A stretch of DNA of 64,000 nt. It comes from the human T2T-CHM13v2.0 reference genome, Homo sapiens. Where the stretch lies: the NCBI RefSeq assembly GCF_009914755.1, contig NC_060939.1. The stretch is one strand, 5' to 3'. Each line of letters starts with the position of its first letter. The stretch's first letter is position 1. Below are positions 27,153 through 39,600 of the stretch, piece by piece. A program made the position numbers and the translations under genes. Under the pieces are notes generated by a model. That model was not told the origin of the DNA. It saw only the letters and a program-made list of their open reading frames with translations, and ran no database searches.

Positions 27153-30100
27153 GTAAGAGGGCCTGGCTGGGGGCGTCAGGGATGAGCTGACGGCCCATGC
27201 CACGGAAGAGAGGTAAGAAGTGGGGGCCCGCGCCTCCACCCGGCACAGGGTAAACGTTACCCGCCTCAGTTTCTGTTTGTCTGTCCACCCTGTGCTGTGC
27301 AGTCTACCTCTATCTGTCTGTTTGTCCATGCGTCTGTTGATGGGCACACGCTCTTGGCACTGTCCTCTGTGGGATTTCTCTGAGATCTTGTGATGCTTTA
27401 CAAGCTGCAGGTGCCGGGGGGCGCTGGAGTCCCCAGAGGGCATCCAGAGGGGGCAGACTCCTGCTTTCCGTAGATTTTCCCCCTTCTGAATGGCACCGGG
27501 GGCTTGCGCCCGGGAGAGTGTCTCGCCGAGGAGGGAGTACCACAAGGGTCAGGTCTCGGTGTCCTGCCGACTGGGAGCCAGCTCACGCCGAGCTCTAGCG
27601 GGCGTGCGCCTAGCAACAGGTCTGCGCCCTGCTGCTCCTGCCTCAGCACGCTCTTCCTCCCAGTTTCCCTCGCCTCCCAGTGCCTCCGGGACAGCGCTAG
27701 GCACCCAGCGACGCGCTGGCGCGGGGCCGAGCTGAGGCAATTGCAATGTTAGATGAACCCGGGGGGCTCTGCTGATGTTTAGACTGAGACTCCAAACGTG
27801 GCATCGCTGGAAGAAGGTCTGGTGGTCCCTGGCAAAGGACGTCGGCTCCAAGAAAGGTCGCGTTAGGTTGTGAGGAAAGGCAGAGAGTCCTGGCAGAACG
27901 CTGGCCAGGTCTCCAGCTCGCCGCTCTGGGAACGAAGGCCAGTGACATTCTGGAATGGACCCCAAGGGATGCGTGTGCTCATGAGAGAGGAGCGCTGTGC
28001 GCCCTGGGTCCTCAGCCGCAGACACTCTCTGCGACAGCCGCTGTTCCCCAAGGGTCGGACGCTACGGCAGTCCCAGGAGTTCCGCCAGCTGCCGGGTTTG
28101 AGGTCCTGAGTCCTTCTCCAAGCAGCCAACGCTACCCACAGGTGAGAGCTCCCTTTAAAAACTAATCTTCTGATGTGTGAGCCAGTGCCTGGCTGCAGCC
28201 CCATACCAGGGACGGTGAGCCGGGGAGCGCGTCTCTCCATCCCTGCGGTCTGGAAAGTGATCCAGGGCGCGCCCGAGGGCGGGGAGCCGGCGGCTCTGCG
28301 TGCCCAGGCGCGACGCCACCATGGACAGCTCCCAGCCACTTCCTCCACTCGGGGTCTGTGGCCCTGGGTCTCCGGGGAAGTCGTGCGCTTTCTTCCCAGA
28401 CCCAAGGCGTTGGGGCGCTGGGAAAGAGGAAAGGGACTGAGAGTCCGCTGGGGCCCTCGGTATTACCACTCAGGAGGCAGCCCAGCCCTCAGGAGTCTGT
28501 GGTTTGTGACCAGGTCCTAGCTGAGCCGGCAGTTCTGCAGGACCTCCCGGGGGCACTCTGTGGTTCTCTGGCTTTTCTATGACACCACGGAGACCCCTCA
28601 GAGCTGTTAGGAAAGTATGGCCCCTGAGAATCCGACCCAGGCAGTGAGATAATGCCAGATACAATTACGCCAGACATAATTAGGGATCCAGCTCAAACTG
28701 TTTTCTGTGTAGGGCACAAGTTCATGTGTTCCATCAAATTAAATTATTTATTTAGTACATATGGGATTGGGAGGATATATTAGTTTTACGATTAATGATA
28801 GAATGGAGAAGAAATCAAATAGAGCAAATTTATAGAGAAGGCAATCGGATGCATTTGCAAAAGCAACTATGCGGTTTTCTGATCCTAATAGTTTTGTTCA
28901 AAGCCCATGACTTTCTTAAAGCAATTTCCAAAGGCTCCTTTTTAGCCCAGTAGATGACTTTTCAAGTTGGTCACTTGAAACAGGGTGGAAAAACCTGTAG
29001 GGTTTAATCTGTGCACCAAATTAAAGATCTCCCTTCTCTGGTAAGAAACGACACTGGATGGGGCTCTTTTTGTCATTTCCACCCATACTGAAGTGTGTAT
29101 CTTCCTTTATTTTAAAATTACAAGAAACGCAGGTCTGCTTTTTTTGTGTGTGACTGACAAAGGCCGACGGAGAGTAAAAACAAGTAAACACCTCTTATAA
29201 AAAAAATTTTGAGACAGCATCTGTGACTTTGGGAAAGTTGCTCAAATGTTTTGTGCCTGTTTGCTGATATGTAAACTGGGAATAACGCAATGCCATCTTG
29301 CAGGGTTGCTATGAGAATTACAGTAATTGGTACAATGTAAAGCATTTAATCCAGTGCTGAGCATAGAGAAATCGTTTTAAATGGTAGCAATTACAGGTAT
29401 ATTTTAAAGACAGTTGTGCATTTCTTTTGAATTATGTTCACCATCCCTTTGCCCTCTCTCTTAACCTAGTAACTGTTTGATAGGGACTCCATCTTCACTT
29501 TATTTTTGCATCCGAGAACTTGTTGATGGAATTGATGAAAATGCTGGAGTTGATCACAATGAAAAAAAAATTCTTATTTAAAGACAAATGGAAGAACTTT
29601 TATGTGATAAAAATCGGTCAACTGTTTTCCCCTACCTACACTACTTGGAGGAAAGATAAAAGTAAGTTGTTTTCAAAATACTCTCACAGCCCTCTGGTTC
29701 AGATGATCAATTTTTCCTGATTGTTCTCTCACAAGAATGCAAGGTCTTCTAAGTGGCTTTGTTGTCTTTCTGCAAGTGAAGTACTCTTGGGTATTGATGG
29801 AGAGTGGCCTCTAAGGCCTGGTTTCTAGATCACTCCAGGATGAAGTAGGGGTTAGCTTTATGGAGTGGAACTTTGCCCAGGGGTTCACTGAGTGGTCATT
29901 GCCAAGCAGGAAGCACCTTACTTCATGCTTGAGCCTTGCTTAGGTGTGAGATTCTGACCAAGATACTTGCTCTGCCCAGAGCAGTGAGCACTTATTTGAT
30001 CCCAGCTGGACTGGAGGGTCCCTTCCAGCTCTGCATTTCAGGGTTCTGTCTGGTAGACATCACTAATACATGACACACCACAGAAGTTTGGAGAATGGAA

Positions 30101-32221
30101 TTGTATAGTACCCAGTCTTCCAGTTAGAGTTTTCTCCCCCCACAAAAGTGTGTGTGTGTGCGTGCATGTGAGTGTTTTTATCCCTGTCAGTTTTACATTC
30201 TGGTGCTCTTAGATTTTTATTCTTCTCCTCCTTCTGCTCTTAATAGCTCAGAAGGAATCTTAGCTTCTTCCGTCTAAAAGGATTGGAGCTGAAGAATACA
30301 TGCTACAGATGCTCAGAATCTTTCTATGAGACTGCTGGTGACATGAACAGAGCAGGAGGACATGGGGCCTTGGATGACCTTGAATTCCTGGCTGTCTTCT
30401 GTGGACTCCCATGCAGATTCCAGTTTCCAGCATACCCATGGCTTTCTGGTAAGAAAACTATTGAACTACAGGACACTCTTGGAGTGAAGGCCAATGAGGG
30501 GAGGAACTGTCATGTAAAGTGGTAGAAACGAGCTCTTCATCAGTCCTGTGGCATTCTGCCTATTGCAACAGTATCTGAGTCCTCAGGACAGACAGAGCAA
30601 ATGGCAAGAGTGGCATTCAGTGGGGAAGGCCAGCAGAGTGAAAGGGGTGAATTCAATTATTCTCATCAGCCTCCTTTGAAGCCTGCTGCTTAAGTGACCT
30701 CTTTTTAGTACCTTCTGTGGTATCGGCAAAGCATCACAATTTGATGGATTAAATGCAATTTGCATTTGCAGTTATAGCTCAAAAGAGAAATGCAAACATG
30801 TAGGTTGGGTTCCTAAATGGGAACAAAGTTGTATTTGTGAGTTGCATCCACAAGATAGCATATCTTTGAAAAGTCTGGACTACACATCTCTTTCTACATG
30901 ATGGCACATACCCAGGTGTTTGATCTTATCAGGGTAAAGCATCAGCTATCTCTCACTGCTTGTTTTTTACCATTATCTGGAGGCAGTTTCAGTTTCCTTT
31001 GAACAGTGAATAGGAAAGGATCACATTCTTACTCTCTTGTATCTGGTTGGGTTGGCAGGAGGCTGGAAGTGGCAGTGGGTACTGGGGGAGACTTCTCAGT
31101 GCTGGGTTCCTTTCTACTGTTTTGCAAGCTCTTCAGCTGGGCCTGAACCTCCTTTCCCTAAAGTCTGGCATGTAGAAACTTTGCTAATTTGAGTAGGATG
31201 GTGACTGTCATGGTGACTTTTATTAATATCTGCACCTCTTTGCTTTAGCTACTTTCTTCAGGGGCCATCTTATCCTCTCTGGCAGGCCCCTAGTCCTTCT
31301 TTTTCTTCTCTGTGCCCTGGCACCAGGCTTTGTTCAAGCTTGGTTCTTCAGAATGGAGGCTGCTTGCAGAGAAATGTCATCAAATATACATTTGCTGTCT
31401 GCTTAGTTCCCTTGGTGTTAGGAAACACACATGGCCACCCAGAGGGAGAGGAGCTGCTACTCCTCTCTGCCCCTGTTATTTTTTAGGGCCTGTCCCTAGA
31501 CTCAGCTTGGCTCCAGGAATCTGAATCCATCCTTGCCTCCCCACCCCTGCAGGTGAGTGAGCCCTGGGGAGCACAAGCAGTCAGGCCTTCCTTGCACAGG
31601 CACCTGCTCAGAGCAAGGAGCTGGACAGCCTGGCTCCTTGCACTGGGATATCTTTGAGTCTTCTGGAAGGGCAGTCATATCAGGGGTTTAGATGCAACTT
31701 CAGTTTAAAGTGCTTTGCCCAGACTTTGAAAACCTTTGAAGACCAGGTCTTTGAAAGCCCTGTGAATTTCTTTCTCTCCTGTCAGTAGGAGAGCTGCACC
31801 ATTAGACATTTTCTGTTACGGAGAAAGCATATCTAGATAGTTGTTCTGGCATGGAAGGTGTCCATGCCAGATTGCTGTCTTACCTGTTTTTAGACATCAC
31901 ACGGAGGAGGGAGGGCCACAGGCTTCCCCAGGAGCCTGCTGCACTCTTTGGCCCTCTCTGAGGTGAGGAGTTCATGCTGTTCTCCAGAGTCTTTATGGCT
32001 GTAAGGTATGCACTCAGCCCTTGGGACGAGGAAAGTGCAGTGGCCTGGAGGACAGGCACATTTTTCTGTGGCTCTGCCAGTCAGGAAAGGTGGGAACCAT
32101 TGGAGTGTTCCTTGGGGACTGCTTGCTGCTTACTGTGACTGTACTCCTTGCCTGGACTATCAGCCAGGACCTGGGCAGGTTCCTTGACTTCTCTAGTCCT
32201 TTGTTTAGGGGTTAGGTTAGA

Positions 32222-32360
32222 CCAGTGCTTCTTAGACTTAAAATATGCCAGCAACTCACAGGGGCACGTGTTAAAGTGAGAGTTCTGATTTGGCAGATCT
32301 GAGGTAGGGCCTGAGAGTCCACCTTTCCAACATGCTCCCAGGTGACGCTGCTGGTGCACA
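32222..32360. mobile_element. MER5A-like remnant
   Basis: cagtgcttcttagactt..tgttaaa..gttctgatt..gggcctgaga..ttccaacatgctcccaggtgacgctgctg. Confidence 0.7.
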
Positions 32361-33315
32361 GAGCTGCCTTCAAGTCGTGGGGGCCTATGTCATTATGACA
32401 TTGATGACTTTCTGTGATTCTGATTCCAATTCTTCTTGGTGTAATTTAAGTCAGTTCCCGTTGTCCGAGTTGAGGAAGCCCAGCTGGTCTGTGCCCTCCT
32501 AATGACCTTATAATGACCCTTAAAATTCTTGGAGATAATTATTGTCGCTCCTAAGCCATCTTATCAGCAGACTAAATATCTTGGCCCCCTTTAAGTTTCC
32601 ACTTTTCCCTGTCATAATAAATTTTCCAAAGCTCTCTGGACCGAGCTACTTTTAAGCGCAAGATCGTTGTGCAAATGGCAATTTATCTTTGCCTGGCAGA
32701 GGCATTTGAATGTAATTTTGGTGGTATTAAGAGATCACTTAGGGAATTTCATCTAACTCTGGCTCCAGACACTGAGAATGGATGTTTACATTTAAACAAC
32801 TTTTTTAGACTCCAAAGATCACAATTTCTTCTTTTTTGAACCTGAAAATGAAATTAAGGCCCAATTATCTTCCTCAACCCCCTCCCTGTGGCACTCCTGG
32901 GAGGATGAACTGGTCATCACCAGTACATTCTGGGTAGCCCAAGATGCTGGTGTGCAATTGCGTTCCGTCACCCACCGCCACAATCGGAAGCAGAAAATAA
33001 GTTGAGTACAAGTTTTTGATCATCTTCTATGAGGCAGGCCCTGAATGAGTCACTGAGAAGGCAGTTGAATACATGGTTCCTGCTCTCGAAGAGCTGGCAG
33101 CCTGGTGAGAGGACAGACATCCCAGTCAGAAGCTGTCATACAGGGTGATGGGGGCTAGGACAGATTAGTCAAGAGGAGTGGAGGGCGTGAGACCTGCTGG
33201 AGAAATGAAGAAGACCAGTAATTCAGCCAGAGGAGATCCAAGGAAGCTTCACTGAGGGCATATGAGGAGAGTCAGAAGCTCAGAAAGGCCTAAACCCCTT
33301 ACTTCCTGCAACCTT

Positions 33316-33426
33316 TCAGATGCATGAAGTTTCTTACCTGCCTCAGATGCATAAGCTCCCTCACCTGTCCAGGTCCATAAGCTCCCTTACTTGCATCATG
33401 TGCATAAGCTCCCTTACCTGCCCAGG
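33316..33426. repeat. Degenerate 26-27 bp minisatellite, ~4 units
   Basis: tcagatgcatgaagtttcttacctgcc / tcagatgcataagctccctcacctgt / ccaggtccataagctcccttacttgca / tcatgtgcataagctcccttacctgc. Confidence 0.85.
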
Positions 33427-33774
33427 CTTTGGGCTACACTGGGCGCAAGAGAGTGCTTCTGAGCAGCTGTTAGGCCTCTTTCCTTTAGGAGACCTTTAGT
33501 CTTCTAGACTAGTAATTTAAAAATTACTTGAACCACAAAATGCTTTTTTTGCGATAAAATCTTAGTAAATCCAATTTAAAAACTAGATAAGAAGTGGCTG
33601 TGGTTGGGGATGGGAGCTGATTTTTGTCTTGAGTTCTCTCAAAAAGTTCCACAGAGCTCTGTGGGTTCCAAGGAGCACACTCTGAAAACTTCGGTCCTGG
33701 GTCATTTCGTTTTGCTTTTGGCAGTCATATCAATAGTGTTAGCTTAGTTTTATTGTGGTTTGTGTTGCTGTGTC

Positions 33775-34062
33775 TTTTTGTTTTGTTTTTGTGACAAAGT
33801 CTCACTTTTGTCACCCGGGCTAGAGAGCAGTGGCATGAACACAGTTCCCTGCAGCCCCAACCTCCTAGGCTCAGGTGATCCTCAAGCCCCCCAAGTAGCT
33901 GGGACTAATTTTAGCTAATTTTTTGGACTAATTTTAACATTTTTGTAAAGATGAGTTTCATCGTGTTGCTCAGGCTGGTCTCAAACTCCTGAGCCCAAGA
34001 TATCTGCCCACCACTGCCTCCTAAAGTGCTGGGATTACAGGCTTGAGCCATTGCACCCAGCC
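33775..34062 (-). mobile_element. AluJ element (diverged)
   Basis: Dimeric Alu reverse complement with a small internal duplication. Confidence 0.85.
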
Positions 34063-34092
34063 TGCTATGTCTTTAATATTCTGGATGTCTTG

Positions 34093-34093
<1 letters not shown>

Positions 34094-34140
<47 letters not shown>
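34094..34140. repeat. (TG)23 microsatellite
   Basis: Read directly from the sequence. Confidence 0.97.
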
Positions 34141-34142
<2 letters not shown>

Positions 34143-35732
34143 ATCAACAATTTTCAGTGAAAATTGAAAACCAGAATTAAAATTAAAAACGGAAATCTGG
34201 AATTACCACATGTGTGATAATCCAACAAAGATGGGGTACATGGAGGACCAGTGAGAAGGGCTGTATATGATAGGTGCAGGAAACTCCAACCTGTAGCTGA
34301 GCATGGGAGGGACAAACAAAGTTGTGAGCTTTTTGCAAAAATGGGCTTCTTATTTACAACCTGGTCTGTTAATCTTGTTAAACCTCCCAATATTTTTTAT
34401 ATAAAACCTGGTAAGGAAAAAGAAATCTTATTTTCAGGGTTTAAAATTTGGCAAGGTCTATCCAGGAACTTGCATCCTTTTTCATTGATGTCAAAAAGCC
34501 AAATTTGATTGATCGCAAGATGTTTTGAAGGTGGGGCTTGAAAAGAGGAGGCAAGTCAGATAGACAGGAATGGAAGAGCTCTGCTGCAGAGGCGCAGGGT
34601 TGCGGGTGGTGGCTCCAATTTTTAGCTGTGGCTTCTGTCTGCCTCCTACAAAGCTCTCCTCAAGGGAGAAAATGATGCCCTGAATGGGATAACACCCGAA
34701 GAGAGGCTGCCCCTCACTGATGAGTGGTCCCAGTCCTTAGAAAGGGAACTGAAGAGCCCCTTCTGGGCCTGGAGCCAGCTCTAAAAACATAATCATATGA
34801 ATTATTGAAGATGGTGAGAGTAAGGCTTGTTCAGTCTAGAGAGTTTAGACAATACCTTCACCTCTGGAAGAACCCTGCTAGGTATGTGAGGAACTCTAGC
34901 AGAGGGAAGGGGCCCCCTGGCAGATGGGTTTCCCTCCAGGATGGGCATTTGCAGTTGCCTGGGGCTCCTTCTACTGGCCATACCAAAACACTTGCCCTGG
35001 ACAGTGTCAAAGAAGGCTGAGTGTTGGTGGGTGATCAGCAGCATCTCTTTCTGGGGGAATCCAGCCCCCTGTCTGGAGGCCTTTGCGTCAGCCCACATCA
35101 CCATAGCAACTGGAACATACTAAAACAAAGACTGACTCCCAGACCTTGGGATTCAGCCTCTCTCTCTCCTACTTCCTAGATTTTTCCTCAAAGCTGGACT
35201 TAGGTTGGATCCTTGGTTGCGCTGATCTCTTAGCACTGGTAGCCACAGATGCCGGTTTCTAAAATCCCATGGAACTGTCTTAGGGGGCTGGCCAGTGGTG
35301 AACCTGAGCCATCCACTTGTACACAGTGGCTGCTGCCTGGGCTCTCACCATGTGTGGGCCCTTCTCTCCAGCTTCCAGAGGAGGCAGTGGTATCTGCAGC
35401 GAGGAGACAAAAACACTGATGCTCAGAGTTACAGAGATGGTATAGGCTGATGCCCTTGGGTGTCTGTCTGGCTCTTAGTCCAAAGCATTACTTGTTTGCC
35501 TTCTCTATAGGACTCTTGTCATGCCGTGAGGGACTTATTCCCAGCTTGGTCTCCTCAAGCCCCCTAAAGGCTCGCCTCAGGAGTCCTACTGAATCCTGGG
35601 TCTCCAGTGCCTCCCAGGCCCCTGTCGGTGTGCAAAGTCATGCTCCTTCTTGTAAAGAACAGTAGGAATGAGCCCCAAAAGGAGTGCATAGAGGAGCTAG
35701 TTTGGGTGAACCATTAAAATAAATTTTTTTTA

Positions 35733-36105
<373 letters not shown>

Positions 36106-36429
36106 TCAAAGCTGATTGTGTTACAGGCACTGAGTAATTCACTCTAATGCTAGTTTTCCAAAGGTTTGGGTTCAGGAAAACCTCAAACATAGTGGCTAAG
36201 TACTTTTCCTTTCCTTTCCTTTTAAAACCCTGTTTATTTTCAGAGGCGTTTAATCCATATGTTTTAGATCCATTTGCATGTTACTCAGCAAAAGGTTGTT
36301 TTGCACTAACGTTGCTGAGCCATGAGTGAGCCTGCTCATCTCTCTTCCGCTCCAACTGGTGCTTGCAGCTGAGCCCCATGCTCACGGCCAGACGACTCTA
36401 AAGCTTTATATTAGACACAAGGAAACATA

Positions 36430-36643
36430 AGCACTAGAGGCAAAAAAAAAAATCAATAATATTGACCCTATCTTTATTTAGAATTTTGATATTTCATTCA
36501 TCATGAAATTTTTGGTGCTAATTTTGGTTTTTAAAGTGTTGCATTGCACTATTCTTTATATTGATTATTGAGTTTTTTGGTGGCCTCTTCAGTTTTGCAC
36601 CCAAGGCGAGTGCCTTTCTTATCTCACTCTCATCCTGTCCCTG
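36430..36643 (-). mobile_element. MER96-like hAT DNA transposon
   Basis: Reverse complement reads cagggacaggatgagagtgagataag..ggcactcgccttgggtgcaaaactgaagaggccaccaaaaaactcaataatcaa. Family assigned from recall. Confidence 0.55.
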
Positions 36644-39600
36644 GTAAACACCCACTTCCAGGGCCCATTCTGTTTGGAAGGTTAGCATCCCAGTTGGTGT
36701 GGGTTCTGCTGTGGTCTCCCAGGCAGAGATCAGTACCAGAGACAAGGCAGACAAGCCCTTTGGTGATGCTAAAGGCTCCTCTGAGCCCTGTTGATTTGAA
36801 TTTGGGGTGTGGGGCTTCCAGAGAAAGTGGAGAAGACAGGAACGTGTGTCCTCTTCAGACTTGGGATCTGACGTTGCTCTCTTCCCTTCTCCCTTACTTC
36901 CCTTCCTTTTCGGAGAGGGCAGGAATTGTGGTGCTCCGTAGTAGAATGTTTTGCAAATTCTGCTGGGCTGATGTGTCACTAGTCTGTGACTGCTTAAGAA
37001 GCCACAGAGTTCATCAGATTTCTCAATTCAGTTCCTGGTAGTGAGAGAGAAAGCAGTTGGAGGATTTTGGCTTTGGGACTTCCATATGCAGAGATTTCTT
37101 CTTGCTTAAATGATTTTTTTTTTAAATAAAAAGGCGTGGTCATCTCAGTGGTGTCTGTTTAGTTGGTAGCTTTGAAGAGGCTTGGAGATTCCTCTGACCA
37201 CATAATTGTGGGTTATGTGTATGCCTGAACTTTCCAGGTGACTGAGAAACAGCTGAAATCTGTTCTACATTTTAAAATCACAGTGTAATGTTACAAATGG
37301 TGACACATTAACATATCCTGGAGTTTTCTGAGAATGACCATGTAGTGAAGTTCATTTTTACTTTAAACATCTCCATATAAAATTTATTTAAATAAAAAGC
37401 TATTTTTGACATACAAAAAGATGATACTTCCGTTGAATCTTGTGTAATAAGCATGAACTTGAGCTTCTGCTCTGTTGAGGTTGTTTGAGGACATCACCCC
37501 TCTGAGCTCAGGGGGAACGAGGGGCAGAGAGGCAGAGTCACTATTTGAATAGAGCCCTGCTCATGAAGGGCCCTTAGTGGCCATTGTGGGATACGTGGTG
37601 CAGAAGTCTGTGGTTTCCCTCAGTGGAGATGGCTTCTCATCTCAGCCACGTCCCAATACAATAAAGAGTCCTTTCTTCATTCAGAGACAGGACCCCTACT
37701 TGGCTCAAAGGCAGAGACTTTTCATGTTCTGTTTTACTCCCAAGGGCTAGCACATAGTAGGTGCTCAAATATTTTTTAAATATTCAAATGAATGAGTCCT
37801 GCGTCTGAACACCAGCCCCCCAAGCATGTACATTTCTCACTACATTTGATGTTCACTCTTGTGTATTCTGCTCTGGTATTTGAATGAGACTAAAGCCTGA
37901 CTAAAGTCAATTTCTCAGAGGTCTGTACTCCTGTGGCTTTATGGTTATTTCCATCAGCATCATTAATATTCAGTGCTTATTGGGCAACTAAAACATTCAG
38001 ACTCACGCAGACAGCATTGCATGCATCATCTTATTTAAACTTCCTGACAACTGTGAACAAGACATTGTCCTGTTTTGCAGATGGAGAAGGTCAGTGAAGC
38101 CGCATCACTTATGCAGCTCCAGGTGGGGGTCACTCGGCTCAAGGTGGTGGAGTTGGAACTCAGACCTATGTCACCGTGAGTCCAAAAGCTCTTCATAATA
38201 ACTAATGTTGCTCAAATCTTGACTTTTGAAAAAACATGTTGAGGGGAATATTAGAATTCACAGTAGATCAGACTCATAGAACAGTATTCATAGAGTTGAA
38301 TTCGTTGAGAGTAATTGTAACCCGAATGCACTCATCATTGACCCGCCCATTCTTTCTAGATACTTGGGTTTCAGAGATGACTCCGTTGCATTTCCCTGAA
38401 ATGGAAAAGCTCACAGTTTAGTTGAGGAGACAGACATACATTCAACTACCTACAATCCATGCTGTAACAGAGGCATAAACAAAGCAATATGGAAGCACTA
38501 CAAAGTGATGGTAAACTACTTTGCTGGGGAAAGAGACAAGGTAACATGGAGGAAGTGATATTTGATTGGGCCTTAAAGAAAAGTACAATTTCTCCCAGGC
38601 CAGAGAATGGAGGGTTAAGAAGGAAGGAATATCTTGAACTGAATGCAGAGGATTAAAAAAAAAAAAAGATATTTAGAGAAGAACTAGAAGTTTCCTGTGG
38701 CTGGAAATGAGATCATAAAGGTGGGGCAGGGCTGTAGATCCTTAAAAGCTGAGTCAGGGAGTTCAGCTTTTCACCTGAGTGAAGTGTGTGATCAATTGGT
38801 GGGTGTTAGGTCCTTGTACCTGGTGGCAGGTATCTAAGGTTGGGCTTGTCTTCCTCCCTCCCAAGGGTGGTGTTCTTGGTAAGAAATGCATTCCAGAATC
38901 CCACTTCTCACTCTAGATTATCGGATAATGTCACTGCTAGGGCTCAGTAAATACCCTTCAGCAAGAAGGATAACTGCGCTGTCCGAAGTGAATTGTTGGT
39001 ACCAGGGTAATAGGGCCCAGAAGGTGATAGAGAGAAGATTAAATCAGGGACATTTCAGGGGTCTTGTGGTTCGAGTCGCTGCCAACATGAGGTTTCTTCC
39101 CGCTGCAAGTAGAGGCTCCAAGCCCTTGAGGAAAATTTTCCGAGGCTCCTAATCCCAGGCCCTTGTCTCACAATATCCCTTTGGACCGATGCATCCCTGT
39201 TTGCTGTATGCAGTCTCAGGGCTGGGGTGAGGAGGGTTTATCCTGTGGCCTCTGTGCTGGCTTTTTGTGAGCTGTGCAGATATTATGATTTTTTCATAAT
39301 TCTTCATGAATTCTTGGACACATTTCTAACTGCCTTGTTGACTGACCTGCAGCAGAGGCGGCAGAGGGAAAGTGGGATAAAGGGACAGCATTTCAAGTGA
39401 GACTCCCCTTTGGGGAGGAGGGAGTAGTCACCACGAAGGATGCAGATTCAGCTCAAATTTCCTCAAAGCTTAACTGGATGAGATGGATACTCTGAATGCG
39501 GTCTGGTCTGCCGATGCCCCCTGGGTGACCTTCCGTAGTCCTCATCTCTTCTCTGCACTGTAGTTGTCATCAGACATTTGGGTGATTTTAGCAAAATAAA

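Larger units (their letters stand above)
26380..28420. promoter_or_regulatory. CEMIP: CpG island spanning the CEMIP promoter, exon 1 and the start of intron 1
   Basis: Abrupt GC/CpG enrichment relative to the CpG-depleted flanks. Confidence 0.92.

Noticed and set aside
27248-27262. Third donor AGG|GTAAAC inside the hairpin GGGTAA-ACG-TTACCC
   Set aside because: Weak donor, short stem, and it sits in what looks like a MIR-like fragment.
27410-27460. CTCF-like GGGGGCGC / GGGGGCAG motifs in the CpG island
   Set aside because: The 5' half of the CTCF core is mismatched, and such matches are expected by chance at this GC content.
26431-28520. Overlapping 100-180 aa ORFs on both strands in the CpG island
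   Set aside because: Expected from stop-codon scarcity in GC-rich DNA; low-complexity R/A/G/P composition, no recognisable domain, and some span the TATA box.
33316-33426. CRISPR-like array
   Set aside because: The units are contiguous degenerate tandem repeats with no unique spacers, the context is eukaryotic, and there are no cas genes.
36518-37041. 153-aa and 157-aa antiparallel ORFs
   Set aside because: They partly overlap a DNA-transposon remnant, use non-ATG starts, and show no motif or exon signals.
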